In this document: one piece after another, positions 44,961 to 56,300 of the stretch
Position numbering within the stretch: the stretch's first letter is position 1
Layout of the letters: the number at the start of each line of letters is the position of its first letter
Source of the DNA: an uncultured Pseudomonadota bacterium
Lineage (GTDB): Bacteria > Myxococcota_A > Bradymonadia > Bradymonadales > GCA-2716585
DNA: 64,000 nucleotides
Direction: 5' to 3'
Assembly: GCA_937123825.1 (NCBI GenBank)
Contig: CAKZKQ010000402.1
Location: 922-64,921, forward strand
Position numbers and translations under genes: made by a program
Notes under the pieces: generated by a model
Told to the model about the DNA's origin: nothing
The model's database searches: none
Seen by the model: the letters and a program-made list of their open reading frames with translations, nothing else

Positions 44961-47027
44961 TCAACGCCGCATAAAGCGCTTGAGGATGCCGTAGAGCCGC
45001 TGGGCCTGCTCGGGCTCCTGGGCCGAGAGATCTTTAAGCTCACGCGGGTCGCGGTCGACGTTGTAGAGCCGCAACGTCTGGCTGGCCGACATGTAAATCA
45101 GCTTCCACGGACCGTCGATGACCCCTTTGCGGTTGTAGCGGCGCTTTTTGGGCTCTTCGACACGCTCGCTAAAGACCGGGCGGCTGGGCAGGCGCTCGCC
45201 AGCGACCAAAGTGGGCCAGAGGCTGATGGGGCGGCCCAAGGCAGGATCCCCCAGACCTGGGTGCTCTTCGAGCGGCAACTGCTCGCCCACGGACGTCAAC
45301 GTCGCAAAGAGATCCAGGAGCATCACCGGCTTGGCGCGCCGCCCCGGCTTGACCCCAGGGGCCTTGACCGTCAAGACCACCTTGATCTGCTCATCAAAGA
45401 GGGCCTGACCGTGGTACTCGTAGCCGTGGTCTCCAAAACTCTCGCCGTGATCCGAGTGGACCACCATGACCACCTCATCCCACACCCCCTGACTTTTGAG
45501 CCCGTCGATCAAGCGTCCGATATGACCGTCGGTCCAAGCCACCTCGGTGCGGTAGCGCTCCCACTTGCTGGTGCCCAGCGAGAGCGCCTCGGTGGGACCG
45601 GCCTCCTGCATCTTGGGGTGCATGTCGTAGGGGTGGTGGGGATCGAGGATGTGCAGCCAGACAAACCACGGCGCCTCCCCCTTGCTGAGCCCCTCAATGC
45701 GCTCCAAGGTGCGATCGACCGCCACGTCCGCCGTCCAACGCACGCCTCGCTTGGCCACACACTCAAAGTTGCCAAAGCCCTGACCGTAGCCAAACTCGGG
45801 CGTCAGGTAGATGTGGCTGGTGACGGCGGCGGTGCTGTAACCGGCCTGCACCATGCGCTCGGCCAGCATGACGTTTTCATCAAAGATCTTGGTGCGCCGC
45901 TCGACCGAACGCGGGATGTGCTGAAAGTACTGGCCCGTCATCATGCTGGAGATCGAGGCCTTGGTTTTGGCCGACTGGGCGTAGGCCCGGTCAAAGACGA
46001 CCGACTGAGCCGCCAGCGCGTCCAACCTGGGCGAAGGGCTGGGGTTGGCCCCGTATGCCCCCAAAACATCGGGCCGCAGCGTGTCGATGGTGACCAACAA
46101 GATGGGGGGCGCGGCGGTGCGCTCTGGGTCGGGCTTGTCGCCCTCAGTGGTGTCTTTGGCCGCTTTGGACGCACGCGCAGCCGCGCGCCCGACGCTGCGC
46201 TGCATCTGCTGGCTGGCCACAGCAAAGACCTCTTTGGACGGGGCGTCTTGACCGTCGCAGTCCTCGTCAATGCCGTTGCCCGCCTTTTCGATGCCCTCGG
46301 GGTGGATCTGCGCGTCGCCGTCGTCACAGTCCCCGCCGCCCATCAGACCGCTGAAACCGTCTCCGTCGCTGTCAAAAGCATTCAGGAGCCATCCACCGAC
46401 GGAGCCGCCCAGCGCCGCGCGCTCCAACACGGCGACGCGCGCGGCGGGAGCCTGTGCCCAACCCAAGACCACCAGGGACATGGACCAGACCATCCCCAAC
46501 AAAACCACCACCGCAGTCCTGCTGAGCCACCAGCGACGACGGCGCAGCGGCCGCGCAGCGTGCAACGCCGGGTGCTTGGGGTGACTCCAGGCCATGATCG
46601 CGGCCCAACACGAGGCCCACAACCCCAGGAGCACAAGCTGCCGGGCCTCCTGGCTCTCGCCAAAAGCGGGAAAGAGCCACATCACACACAGGACCAGCCC
46701 AAAACCCACCACCCCCAGGAGGGTGCCGCGCATCAGCCACCAGCCAAGCCGGAGCCACCGCCCTGGCCAGCGCTGCGCTGCCCAAAGCCCCGTGGCCAGC
46801 ACCGCCCCCATCGCACCCAGCAGCGGCCCCAGCAAGCCCGCCAATGACACCACCACCAACGCCGCATCCCAGGCACTCTCAAGCGACTCGCTGGCCAGCG
46901 CGTGGACCATCAGCGACTCGCCGATTACCACGGGCAACGCCGCCAACAAGCCACTGGCCACGCCGCGCAGCGCCGTCTCTTGCCATCCAAGTGTGTTGTG
47001 GGTCTGAGCAAAGGGAGGTTGTGCCAT
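44961..47027 (-). CDS. Membrane-anchored sulfatase-family (alkaline-phosphatase superfamily) enzyme with a MopE-type Cys-rich motif
   Basis: N-terminal polytopic TM region. GGGDCDDGDAQIHPEGIEKAGNGIDEDCDGQD. Sulfatase core LLVTIDTLRPDVLGAYG...SISSMMTGQY...HDPHHPY. Confidence 0.8.
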   Translation of the reverse strand: MAQPPFAQTHNTLGWQETALRGVASGLLAALPVVIGESLMVHALASESLESAWDAALVVVSLAGLLGPLLGAMGAVLATGLWAAQRWPGRWLRLGWWLMRGTLLGVVGFGLVLCVMWLFPAFGESQEARQLVLLGLWASCWAAIMAWSHPKHPALHAARPLRRRRWWLSRTAVVVLLGMVWSMSLVVLGWAQAPAARVAVLERAALGGSVGGWLLNAFDSDGDGFSGLMGGGDCDDGDAQIHPEGIEKAGNGIDEDCDGQDAPSKEVFAVASQQMQRSVGRAAARASKAAKDTTEGDKPDPERTAAPPILLVTIDTLRPDVLGAYGANPSPSPRLDALAAQSVVFDRAYAQSAKTKASISSMMTGQYFQHIPRSVERRTKIFDENVMLAERMVQAGYSTAAVTSHIYLTPEFGYGQGFGNFECVAKRGVRWTADVAVDRTLERIEGLSKGEAPWFVWLHILDPHHPYDMHPKMQEAGPTEALSLGTSKWERYRTEVAWTDGHIGRLIDGLKSQGVWDEVVMVVHSDHGESFGDHGYEYHGQALFDEQIKVVLTVKAPGVKPGRRAKPVMLLDLFATLTSVGEQLPLEEHPGLGDPALGRPISLWPTLVAGERLPSRPVFSERVEEPKKRRYNRKGVIDGPWKLIYMSASQTLRLYNVDRDPRELKDLSAQEPEQAQRLYGILKRFMRR

Positions 47028-47144
47028 GTCGTCGCTTTGCGCCGCCGGGATCCGGTTCCAGATGCCCTCGGCGCCGTTGGTGGTCAGTCGCTGCAGAGGT
47101 CATCCAGGAGGCGGCCTCATCAAAGAGACCAACGATGAACCGTC

Positions 47145-49142
47145 TCAGGAAGATTCCTGGCGATGGAGTTGAGACAGCGGCCGCGAAACGGGTTGCGAGC
47201 GGCGCGTGTCTTCGGCTTCATCGGGAGGATGAATCATGCGGGCGACCAGGTCCAGCAAATCTTCAAAGCTGCACGGTTTGCGCAGCAGCGCAAAGGCCCC
47301 CGCGGCAAGGCTCGCCTGACGCACTTCATCGTCACTGCGGCCCGACACCACGGCCACGGGCGTCTGAGACCAACGCGCGCTGGCCTTGAGCTTTTTGAGG
47401 GTCTCGATGCTGGTCTCGCGGTGCACGTGGTAGTCGAGCAAGACCGCCGCTGGCGGCGCGTCGAGCCCTTCAAGGCGAGTCCACATCTGCTTGAAGGTCC
47501 CCGCCTCTACGACCTTGTACCCCTCACCCATCAGGATGGAGGAGAAGAGTTCGCGGATGTCCTGATCATCGTCCACGACCAGGACCGTGTTGGACGAGGG
47601 CTCCTGGCGCTTGGCGGCCACGGGGCGAGAGCGAGAAGGGCGGCTGATCTCCTCTTCAACGGCCACGGGCATCCAGACCGAGAAGGCGGTGCCGACGCCC
47701 TCTTCGCTGTTGACCTCGATGAAGCCGCCGTGGAGCCTGACGTAGGAGTCGGTGATGGACAGACCCAGGCCATGGCCGCCGGTGGTGCTCCAACGCTCAA
47801 AAACGCGCTCAAGCTGCTCTTTGGGGATGCCCTGGCCTGTGTCGAGCACCCGCAGCAGCACCCATTCGCCGCTGAGGCGAGACGTGGGCCACTGGCCGGT
47901 GTCGGCCATGGCTTTGGCCTTGAGGGTTTCGAGCCGCTCGGTGATTTGCAGCCGCTCCTGTGCATCGGCCCGGCGCACGGCCACGCGAACCTTGCCGCCC
48001 TTGGGGGTGAACTTGATGGCGTTGCCGATGAGGTTGCTCATGATGCGGTGGAGCTTGAGTGCATCGGCATCGGCCGCCAGACTCTGGTCTTGTTGCTCGT
48101 CGGCGGAGGCGCCAAAACGGGCTTTAAGATCGATGCCCGCCGAGGAGGCCTTGGGCATGAAGAGTTCCACCACGTCCCGACCGAGCTGCATCAGGTCCAG
48201 GCGCTCGGACTTGAGCACCAGCTTGCGCTGCTCTTCCTGGCTGACGGCCAGCAGATTGTCGATCATCTCCAGCAACCGGTTGAGGTTGCGGTGCATGGTC
48301 TCCAGCCCACGGAGCTGGCGCGCTTCGACCTCTCCAAGGTTGCCGGTCATCATCAACTCGACGTAACCCAGGATCGATTGCAGGGGCGTGCGCAGGTCAT
48401 GGCTGATGTTGGCCAGCGTCTCGCTGCGGAAGCGGTCGGCCTCTTGGAGCCGGGTGTTGGCCTCGGTGACGCTCTCGGCCACGTTGATTTGTTGGGTCAA
48501 CTCTTTGCGGACCCGCGTGAGTTCTTCGGACTCGACGGGCGCCGAGCGGGCCACAGTATGCAAAAAGACGCGGCCATCGACCTGAGCCTGACGCACATAA
48601 ACGTCGCGGGAATCGACCCGGAACGATGCCGTGCCTGATTCCATCGCGATGTCCAAACCTTTGACGAGCTTCTGAGCGCTTTGGTTCAACTGTCCAAGCT
48701 CGCGGACATCCTGGCCAGCGCTTCCGCCGCCCTGCCAAAAGTGCTCCCGGAACTGTTTGTTGGACAGGAGCACCTGGAGGGTGTCATCGACAAGGAGGAT
48801 GGCGTCTCGGTCTGCGTCGGTCAGCACCTTGCTCAGGTGCTCCCAGATGGCTGCTTGCTGAATGTCTTCTTGGTGTTGTTGGGCGGCAGCGGCGACGGGC
48901 TCGGGGGCTTGAATCGCGGGCGGCGCGGCGGCGACAGGTTCGGGCAGCGCTTCAGGGCGGCGACTCCAAAGCTCGACCAGCCCACCGGCCCCCAAAAAGA
49001 GCCCCACCAATGCCCCCAATCCCAGTTGGAGCCCGTAAGGGTGGGCCAGCGCGCCTCCAGTGTACGTCAAGAGCAGCGCCCCGCACACACCTGCCATGAC
49101 AAACAGGGTTGCAATCAAGACTGATAAGACTGCTACGCGCAC
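47145..49142 (-). CDS. Hybrid sensor histidine kinase / response regulator
   Basis: N-terminal TM. HisKA H-box ANISHDLRTPL. HATPase_c (N, G1, G2 boxes: GNAIKFT, DTGQGI, GLGLSI). C-terminal receiver VLVVDDDQDIRELF...LLDYHV. Confidence 0.85.
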   Translation of the reverse strand: MRVAVLSVLIATLFVMAGVCGALLLTYTGGALAHPYGLQLGLGALVGLFLGAGGLVELWSRRPEALPEPVAAAPPAIQAPEPVAAAAQQHQEDIQQAAIWEHLSKVLTDADRDAILLVDDTLQVLLSNKQFREHFWQGGGSAGQDVRELGQLNQSAQKLVKGLDIAMESGTASFRVDSRDVYVRQAQVDGRVFLHTVARSAPVESEELTRVRKELTQQINVAESVTEANTRLQEADRFRSETLANISHDLRTPLQSILGYVELMMTGNLGEVEARQLRGLETMHRNLNRLLEMIDNLLAVSQEEQRKLVLKSERLDLMQLGRDVVELFMPKASSAGIDLKARFGASADEQQDQSLAADADALKLHRIMSNLIGNAIKFTPKGGKVRVAVRRADAQERLQITERLETLKAKAMADTGQWPTSRLSGEWVLLRVLDTGQGIPKEQLERVFERWSTTGGHGLGLSITDSYVRLHGGFIEVNSEEGVGTAFSVWMPVAVEEEISRPSRSRPVAAKRQEPSSNTVLVVDDDQDIRELFSSILMGEGYKVVEAGTFKQMWTRLEGLDAPPAAVLLDYHVHRETSIETLKKLKASARWSQTPVAVVSGRSDDEVRQASLAAGAFALLRKPCSFEDLLDLVARMIHPPDEAEDTRRSQPVSRPLSQLHRQESS

Positions 49143-49417
49143 GCTTTCACCCCAAACAGGAGGCTCGATTTGGCGCCGACCTTGTGGTTCGCGCCGATCG
49201 CCGTTGCAGATTTCAGATGCAGTGCCTCAAAACGTCCGGGCAGTGCAGGTGCCTTTCACACCCTCGCACAATCCCCTTCATCAACACACATCTTCTTTGC
49301 TGCACCCCCTCCCTTTCGTCCTGCACATCTGTTTGATTACACGTTTTGAGGCCCTGGGCAACCCAACCAAACAGCTACAACATACTTATACACCTATACT
49401 ATACAAAACATCAACTC

Positions 49418-49431
49418 TTGAATTGTATAAT
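49418..49431 (+). promoter_or_regulatory. Candidate -10-like element (TGTATAATT) in the AT-rich divergent intergenic region
   Basis: ttgaattgtataatta lies within the only AT-rich stretch (about 49380-49440) between the histidine kinase start and the TGase-like gene start. The -35 is not convincing. Confidence 0.2.
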
Positions 49432-49618
49432 TATCGGCTGCTGGGGAACCTCGACACGCTTCGGATTGTCCTAGGGGGTGGCCGGTGTTAGGCTCTCGGG
49501 CTGCCCAGGCGTCTGGGAGTGGCCCTTGCGAGTCGTGCTGGAGGGGCTCAACCCACCAGTTCCAAGCACGCAGACACCGCCCGACCTGGTCGCGCCGACC
49601 CTTTAAGATGGAGCACTG

Positions 49619-52600
49619 ATGAACGCCCAGAATACTCCACCGCCTCAACGATTGATGCCACACCAAGATCACCGGGCATCGCGAACCGCGGCAGCGGCGA
49701 TCGCATTTTTGCTGATGATCCACGGCGTGACCGCTTGGGGCCAGGACCCAGCCGGTGCGAGGGCAGAGACTCTGGCCTCAGAGATCGCCGCTGCGCGCGG
49801 CGACATTCGGGCGCTCGGTGCCATGATCGATCTGCGCGACGCGCTGGAGCACACCGGCCTCAAAGACGCCCAAAAGGCGATGGAGGCGCTGGGCAAACCC
49901 AACAAACTCCACCCTTCGGTCAGGCCCATGGTGGCCGTTGAGCAGGCTCGCCTTAAGCTGCAACGCGCCGACCGTGCTGGCGCCGGTCAGTTGCTGGACC
50001 AGGCCGGGTTTGTGCGCCACTGGCAAATCATTGGCCCCTTTGCCAACGACGGCATGTCAGGCATGGACACCCCCTACGGTCCAGAAGACGGGGTGGACCT
50101 GGGCAAAGTCGCGCGCGGACGCAGCGGCGATGTCTCCTGGCAGCCCATGACCGATCGCGACTTGCTGGGCACCGTGGACGCGCAGACCCTCATCCGCCCC
50201 GTGGAGGGCTCGGTGGTCTACGCCGCCACCACCCTCACCACCGCGCGGGCCCAGAAGGCCTCTCTGACTCTGGCCGCCACCTGCGCCTACAAATTGTGGC
50301 ACAACGGCGCCCTGATCGCCGCCGTGGACGAGCCCCTGGGCGGAGAGTTTGACCGGGACGTTTACGGCTTGTCGCTGAGCAAGGGCGAGAACCTGATCGT
50401 GCTCAAAATGGGCAACGAGACCGGTCCAATGACGTTTGGCCTTCGGTTGACGGACACGCGCGGCGCTGCGCTGAGCAATGCAAAAGTCCAGACCGACACC
50501 CAGCGCATGCGCGCAGGCACGGTGCTGGGCACCACGTTGCCCGACAAACCCACCGGCCAGCCCGCGCCGCTTGAGCTTTACACCCAATGGGCCAAGGGAC
50601 AGACCAAAGACCCCCAGGCGCAGGCGTTGGCGCTGGCCCGGGCCGCGCGTCTGGCCCGCTTTTATCGGCCCGAAGACCCCAAAGACCCCGCTCGCGCGCT
50701 GCTTAAGAGCGCCACCGCGCTGGCCAGGACGCCCGCCGTCATGCTCTCAGCCAGCGCCACCCATCCCCAACAGTGGCTGCGCCGCGAGGCCATCGAGGCC
50801 GCCGCCAAGGCCACCCCCGATGACCCCTGGATCGCCTTCAACCGCGCCCGCATCGCCTACAACTCCGCTGGCGACGCCCACTACACCGACGCCTGGCGCT
50901 CCATCGACGCGCTGGTCACCAAAACCCCGCGCTTTGCCGCCGCCTGGGCCATGAAGATCAACATGATGGTCCAAGAGGGGCTGACCCAGAGCGCTTTGGC
51001 GACCGCCCTTAAAGCTCAAAGCGCGCACCCAGACCACCCTGGCCTCCTGGCCGCGGCCAACAACGCCGCCATCGCCGCCATCGCCCCCGACAAGCAGGCC
51101 GAGCTGTGCGCGCTTCAGCTCAAGAGCGACGCCACCAACATCGGCATCTACAGCCCGTGCCTCTCGGTCCACCTCCAGCGCGGAGACCAAAAGGGCGCCA
51201 TGGCCCTGGTCGAGCAGGCCATGGTCGTGCGCCGCGACATCACCGGCTTCTACATCCTCAAATCCAGCGCGCACCGCGCCATGGGCGACCTGGAGGCCGC
51301 CGAAAAGGCCCTGGCGACGCTCACAGCGCTGGTCCCCGGCGACGCCTCCTACTGGCAACAGCTTGGCGTCATCCGTCAGGAGCGCGGCGACGACCCCGGC
51401 GCCCTGGTCGCGCTGCGGCAAGCCCTCAAGCTCGACCCCCGCAACGCCCCCCTTAAAGATTACCTCGACCAGCTTGCGCCGCGCGAACCCACGCTCGAAG
51501 AACGCTGGGTCGTGGACCTGTCCGAAGCCATGGGTCAGCCCGATCCGGCCTTTGCCAAGGACAAGGACGTCATCTATCTGGTCGATCAGAAGGTCACCCG
51601 GGTCTACCCCAACGGCCTGACCTCCTACCTGGTTCAAAAGGCCTGGCAGGTCCTGACCGAGCCCGGCACCAACCGCATGCGCTCCTTTGCCATCCCCTAC
51701 ACCCCAGGTGAAGAGGCCGTCGAGATCATCAAGGCCCGCGTCACGCGCCCCGATGGCACCACCCGCGACACCTACGAACTCTTTGAGCAATCCCTCTCCG
51801 AGCCCTGGTACAACCTCTACTACGACTACCGGGCCCTGGTGCTCTACTTTGCCGATCTGGCCCCCGGCGACACCGTCGAGGTCCAATACCGCATCAACCA
51901 GACCTCGGATCAGAACATCCTGGGCGACTACTTTGGCGACCTTTGGTTCTTCCAGGACGAAGACCCCAGGGCTCTGGCCCGCTATGTCCTCATCTCGCCC
52001 CAGAACCTCAAGATCCAGGCCCGCGACCCCTCGTTGAAACACGACATACAAACCGAGGAGATCGAATGGGAGGGCCAGAAGCTGACCGCCCGGACCTGGG
52101 CCATCGGCGACGTCCCAACTGTGGAGAGCGAGGCCCAACAACCCGGCTACGCCGAGATCGCCGACTACCTCCACCTGTCCACCTACGCCACCTGGGATCA
52201 GGTCGCTGACTGGTACTGGGACCTGGTCAAAGACCAACTGGTGGTCGATGACGACATTCGGCGCATCGTGGCCGAGGAGACCAAGGGCATGACCGACCGC
52301 CGCGCCAAGGTTTCGGCGCTGCACAACTACGTGGTTAAGAACACCCGCTACGTCGGCCTGGAGTTTGGCATCCACGGCTACAAGCCCTACCGCACCACCC
52401 TCTGTCTGCAGCGACGCTTTGGGGACTGCAAGGACAAAGCCTCGCTCATCAAGGTCATGCTGGGCGCCGCCGGGATTGAGGCCAACATCGTCCTCATCCG
52501 CACGCGCCGCAACGGCGCCATCGACACCAACCCGCCCAGCCTCCAGATCTTTGACCACGCCATCGCCTACGTGCCCGAGTTTGACCTCTTCCTCGACGGC

Positions 52601-53359
52601 ACCGCCGAGTACTCTGGCACCGGCGAGCTCCCCTTTGGAGATCAGGGCGCCAGCGTCCTGATCGTCAAAGACGGCGGCAAATTCACCTTTGGACAGACCC
52701 CAATCTTGCCCGCCGCCCACAACTCCATTTTGTCCACATGGCAGGTCGACATGACCGCCGCCGAGCCCCAGGTCGATGTCAGCCTGACGGTCACCGGGGA
52801 CTTTGCAGCCGGATACCGCAACAGCTACGGCACCGTCGAGCGTCAGAAAGAGGACTTTGGACAGGCGCTGGCTGGCTCGATCGTCGGCGCTGGGCTGACC
52901 CACGTGCAGTTCTCGGACTTGACCCAGCTTGAAGCCCCCGTGCGTGTCTCCTACCGCTTTGAAGGCGGGCAGGTGGTCTCCAAAGAGGGCAAAAAACTGC
53001 GCTTCTACCCCATGATGCGGCCCTCCAAGGCCGCCCAGAACATGGCCCCATGGCCCACGCGTGAGCAGGTCCTTGAGCTTGGCCCTCCCAACGTCCGCCA
53101 GGAGACCTACGTGGTGCGCTTGCCCAAAGGCGCCGCCCCCAAGGCGCTGCCTGAAAACCAGGAGTTGACCTCGGCATTTGGCCGCTTCAGCCTCACCGTC
53201 GAGCAACGCGACGAAGCCACCGGCCCTGTGCTGGAGATGCGCGTGACCATCCAAATCGACGCCCACCGGGTCTCCCCAGAGGATTACCCGGCGCTGCGCC
53301 AATGGCTTGGTCAAATCGACCGCGTTTTGTCCACCAGCGTCGTCTACGAACGCCCCTGA
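49619..53359 (+). CDS. Secreted TPR + DUF3857 + transglutaminase-like cysteine-protease-fold protein
   Basis: Signal-like N-terminus. TPRs. Transglutaminase-like core RFGDCKDKASLIKVMLGAAGIEANIVLIRTR with the catalytic Cys present. Confidence 0.8.
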   Translation: MNAQNTPPPQRLMPHQDHRASRTAAAAIAFLLMIHGVTAWGQDPAGARAETLASEIAAARGDIRALGAMIDLRDALEHTGLKDAQKAMEALGKPNKLHPSVRPMVAVEQARLKLQRADRAGAGQLLDQAGFVRHWQIIGPFANDGMSGMDTPYGPEDGVDLGKVARGRSGDVSWQPMTDRDLLGTVDAQTLIRPVEGSVVYAATTLTTARAQKASLTLAATCAYKLWHNGALIAAVDEPLGGEFDRDVYGLSLSKGENLIVLKMGNETGPMTFGLRLTDTRGAALSNAKVQTDTQRMRAGTVLGTTLPDKPTGQPAPLELYTQWAKGQTKDPQAQALALARAARLARFYRPEDPKDPARALLKSATALARTPAVMLSASATHPQQWLRREAIEAAAKATPDDPWIAFNRARIAYNSAGDAHYTDAWRSIDALVTKTPRFAAAWAMKINMMVQEGLTQSALATALKAQSAHPDHPGLLAAANNAAIAAIAPDKQAELCALQLKSDATNIGIYSPCLSVHLQRGDQKGAMALVEQAMVVRRDITGFYILKSSAHRAMGDLEAAEKALATLTALVPGDASYWQQLGVIRQERGDDPGALVALRQALKLDPRNAPLKDYLDQLAPREPTLEERWVVDLSEAMGQPDPAFAKDKDVIYLVDQKVTRVYPNGLTSYLVQKAWQVLTEPGTNRMRSFAIPYTPGEEAVEIIKARVTRPDGTTRDTYELFEQSLSEPWYNLYYDYRALVLYFADLAPGDTVEVQYRINQTSDQNILGDYFGDLWFFQDEDPRALARYVLISPQNLKIQARDPSLKHDIQTEEIEWEGQKLTARTWAIGDVPTVESEAQQPGYAEIADYLHLSTYATWDQVADWYWDLVKDQLVVDDDIRRIVAEETKGMTDRRAKVSALHNYVVKNTRYVGLEFGIHGYKPYRTTLCLQRRFGDCKDKASLIKVMLGAAGIEANIVLIRTRRNGAIDTNPPSLQIFDHAIAYVPEFDLFLDGTAEYSGTGELPFGDQGASVLIVKDGGKFTFGQTPILPAAHNSILSTWQVDMTAAEPQVDVSLTVTGDFAAGYRNSYGTVERQKEDFGQALAGSIVGAGLTHVQFSDLTQLEAPVRVSYRFEGGQVVSKEGKKLRFYPMMRPSKAAQNMAPWPTREQVLELGPPNVRQETYVVRLPKGAAPKALPENQELTSAFGRFSLTVEQRDEATGPVLEMRVTIQIDAHRVSPEDYPALRQWLGQIDRVLSTSVVYERP

Positions 53360-53380
53360 ACACGCCCAGGAGGCATGACG

Positions 53381-56300
53381 ATGAACCCCAAACAAGCCCC
53401 AAACCCACGCATCCACCGGAGCTTTGTGCCCATGGCTCGCCCCATACTGCCTGCGTTGTTGACCCTGACCGTGCTCCTGCTCGCGGCCTGCGGCGGACCC
53501 CAGAAGAAACCGCTCGGCCCACCGACCTTTGGGCCGGACCTGCGCCAGAGCCCCGCGCCGGGCACCACGGCCGCAGCCTGGAAGCAGTGGCTCACCCAGG
53601 GCGACGCCATGGCAGCCAGCGACGACTTTGAGTCGCTGGGCGATGACCCGCTGGCCCGCTTTGGACTGGCCGAGATCCACCTTCACCAGGGCCGCTACAG
53701 CCAAGCCGCCGCCGCCCATGCCGACCTCATCGGCGACCACCCGGGTTCAAAGCTGGCCCACTACAGCGCCCTGCGCCTGCACCAACTGCGACGGGCCGCT
53801 GCCGGCTGGCCCGACGCCGCCTCCAAAGCGCTGACCAGCGTCCAGGGCCAGCCCCTGGCAACGTCCACTCGCGCCTATATGGGACTGGTGGCCCTGGAGA
53901 CGGCCCACAGAATCTTCCTTCAAAGCGATCAAGCCGCCCCCTTTGACGGCACCGCCCAGGGACTGGTCGACCAGTGGCGCCTTGCGGGTCCGCTCTCGCT
54001 CTACCCCTTTTACGACCACGACACCGCCTACCCCGACACCATCGAAGACCAGCCCGCGCTGCCCGAATCGGTCACGGTGGACGGCTTTGAGCGTCAATCG
54101 CGCACGGTCCGCTTTGAGACCCCCGACCAGGGCCTGCCGCTGAGCCACCAGGGCATCTTCTACCTGGAGAGTTGGGTGACGCTGGACAAGGCGCGCTCCG
54201 TTCTGGCCCAGTTGAAGACCTCGACGGGCATCAAAGTGTGGATCGACGACGCGCTGATCTTTGAAAACAACCTGCTGCGCGACGGTTATCCCGCCCACCG
54301 CGCCGGAGCACCGCTGGAGTTGGGCGCTGGGACCTACCGGATCCGCGTGCGTCTGGTGGTTGAGCGCGGCGACGAGACCTTTCAACTGCTGCTGACCCCC
54401 GCCGACGGCGCACCGCTGGCGCTCAAAGCCAGCCCGACCGCCCCCGACGACCGCGCCGCTGGCAAGATGACCACCACCGCCAAGCTGCCCACCAAGGGCT
54501 ACTTTGGCAGCGAAAAACCGCTCCAGGACCACCCCTTTGTCCTGTGGATGACCGCCGTGGCCGCCCACGAGCGCCATGACCCCCACCTGGCGCGCCGCGC
54601 GCTGGACCGGCTCGACGCGCTGGCCCCGGATTTCCCGCCCGCGCTAGTCACGAGGGGACTGATGGAGCGCGACGACACCAGCAACAGCGCCCTGCGACGG
54701 CGCGATGTGGCGCTGGAGGCCTTTGCCACCGCCGCCACGCTCGACCCCACCGCAGGCATGGCCGCGCTGCAGGTGACCGACATGCTTCTGGGCGCCGGTC
54801 AGAGCGACGAGGCCGAGCCCTTTATGGCCATGGCGCTGGACAACGCCCCGCAAGAGCCCACCGTCCTGGCCACCCACTACGACCTCTTGCTGAACAAGGG
54901 TTGGTCGGTGGCGGCGGCCAAGACGCTCAAGCGAGCGCTGGAGATCGACCCCGGGGACTGCTCGCTGGTGGCCGCCCAGTGGGGACGCTGGTCGGAGCTG
55001 GACCAGTGGCCCACGCCCCAGAGCCTGCCCGAGGCGGCGGCGCGCTGCGACATCTCCCAGGAAAACCTGGCGCTGAACCACGATCTGCCGCGCGGCGATC
55101 TGGCCGCCGCCATCGCCCGTTATGAGCGCCTGGTCGCTCGCCAGCCAAGCGGCCTCTCCATGATGCTCACGCTGGCCACGCTCTACCAACGCGACGGGCG
55201 CGACAAAGAGGCTCAGGCCACTTTTGAGCGCCTCTTGAAGGCCACCGGAGGCTCTGCGGACGCGCTGGCGCTGCATTTTGACGCTCTGATGGCCTCCAAA
55301 GGCCCCAAAGAGGCCAGCAAAATGCTTGAAGGCTGGGTCGAGCAGCACCCCGGCAGCTATGGGCTGCGCCGCCTCAACGCGCTGGCCAGCGGCACAAACG
55401 TCCTTGAGGACCTGCGCATCGACGGACAGGCGGTCATCAAGGAGTACCTCAAGGACCCCAAATTCACCGACACCAGCGGCGTCTACCTGTTGGACTACGC
55501 CGCCGTGCGGATCTACCCCGACGGCTCCAACCTGACCGTCACCCACAACATCATCCGGGTGAACAACAAGGAGGGGATCGACAACTTCGGCGAGGTGGAG
55601 CTGCCCCAGGACGCGCTGCTCTTGCAGATTCGTACGGTGAAGCCGGACGGGCGAGTGCTGGAGCCGGAGTTTATTGCGGGCAAACCGAGCATTTCGATGC
55701 CGAACCTGGCCGAGGGCGACTTCATTGAGTACGAGTACCTGCAGGGCAGCTCGGGCAACGAGGCCCGCAAAGGGGCTTATGGCGGGGTGCGCTTCTTCTT
55801 CAACATCTTTGACGCCCCGCTGCTGCGCAGCGAATACATCATCGACGCCCCCAAGTCCTGGCAGGACGTGCACGTGGACTACCGCCAGGACGCACCCAAG
55901 GCGCTGATCACCGAGCGCGGCCAGTGGCGCCGCTGGCGCTTTTTGACCGTCGAAGGCCCCCAGGCCCGCAGCGAACCCGCCTCGGTGCCCAACGTGGAGG
56001 TCCTGCCCTCCATCCGCCTGTCCCACAAACTCCAGTGGGCCGACGCCCACCGCCTCTACCGCGACAGGGTCCTCTCGGGGGCTCGCCCCGATGGGCGCCT
56101 GAAGGCCGTGGCGGCCCAGCTCAAACGGGAACACAAGTCACCGGCGGCCCGCGCCAAAGCGGCCTTCAAGTACGTCCTGGCCAACATCGACGATGACGGC
56201 TCGGGCCTCTTCTCGGCCACCGCGTCCCAGGTCCTCTCGGGTGGCCGAGGCGACCGGATGATCGTGCTGCGGGCGCTGCTGAACCTGCTGGACATCCCCA

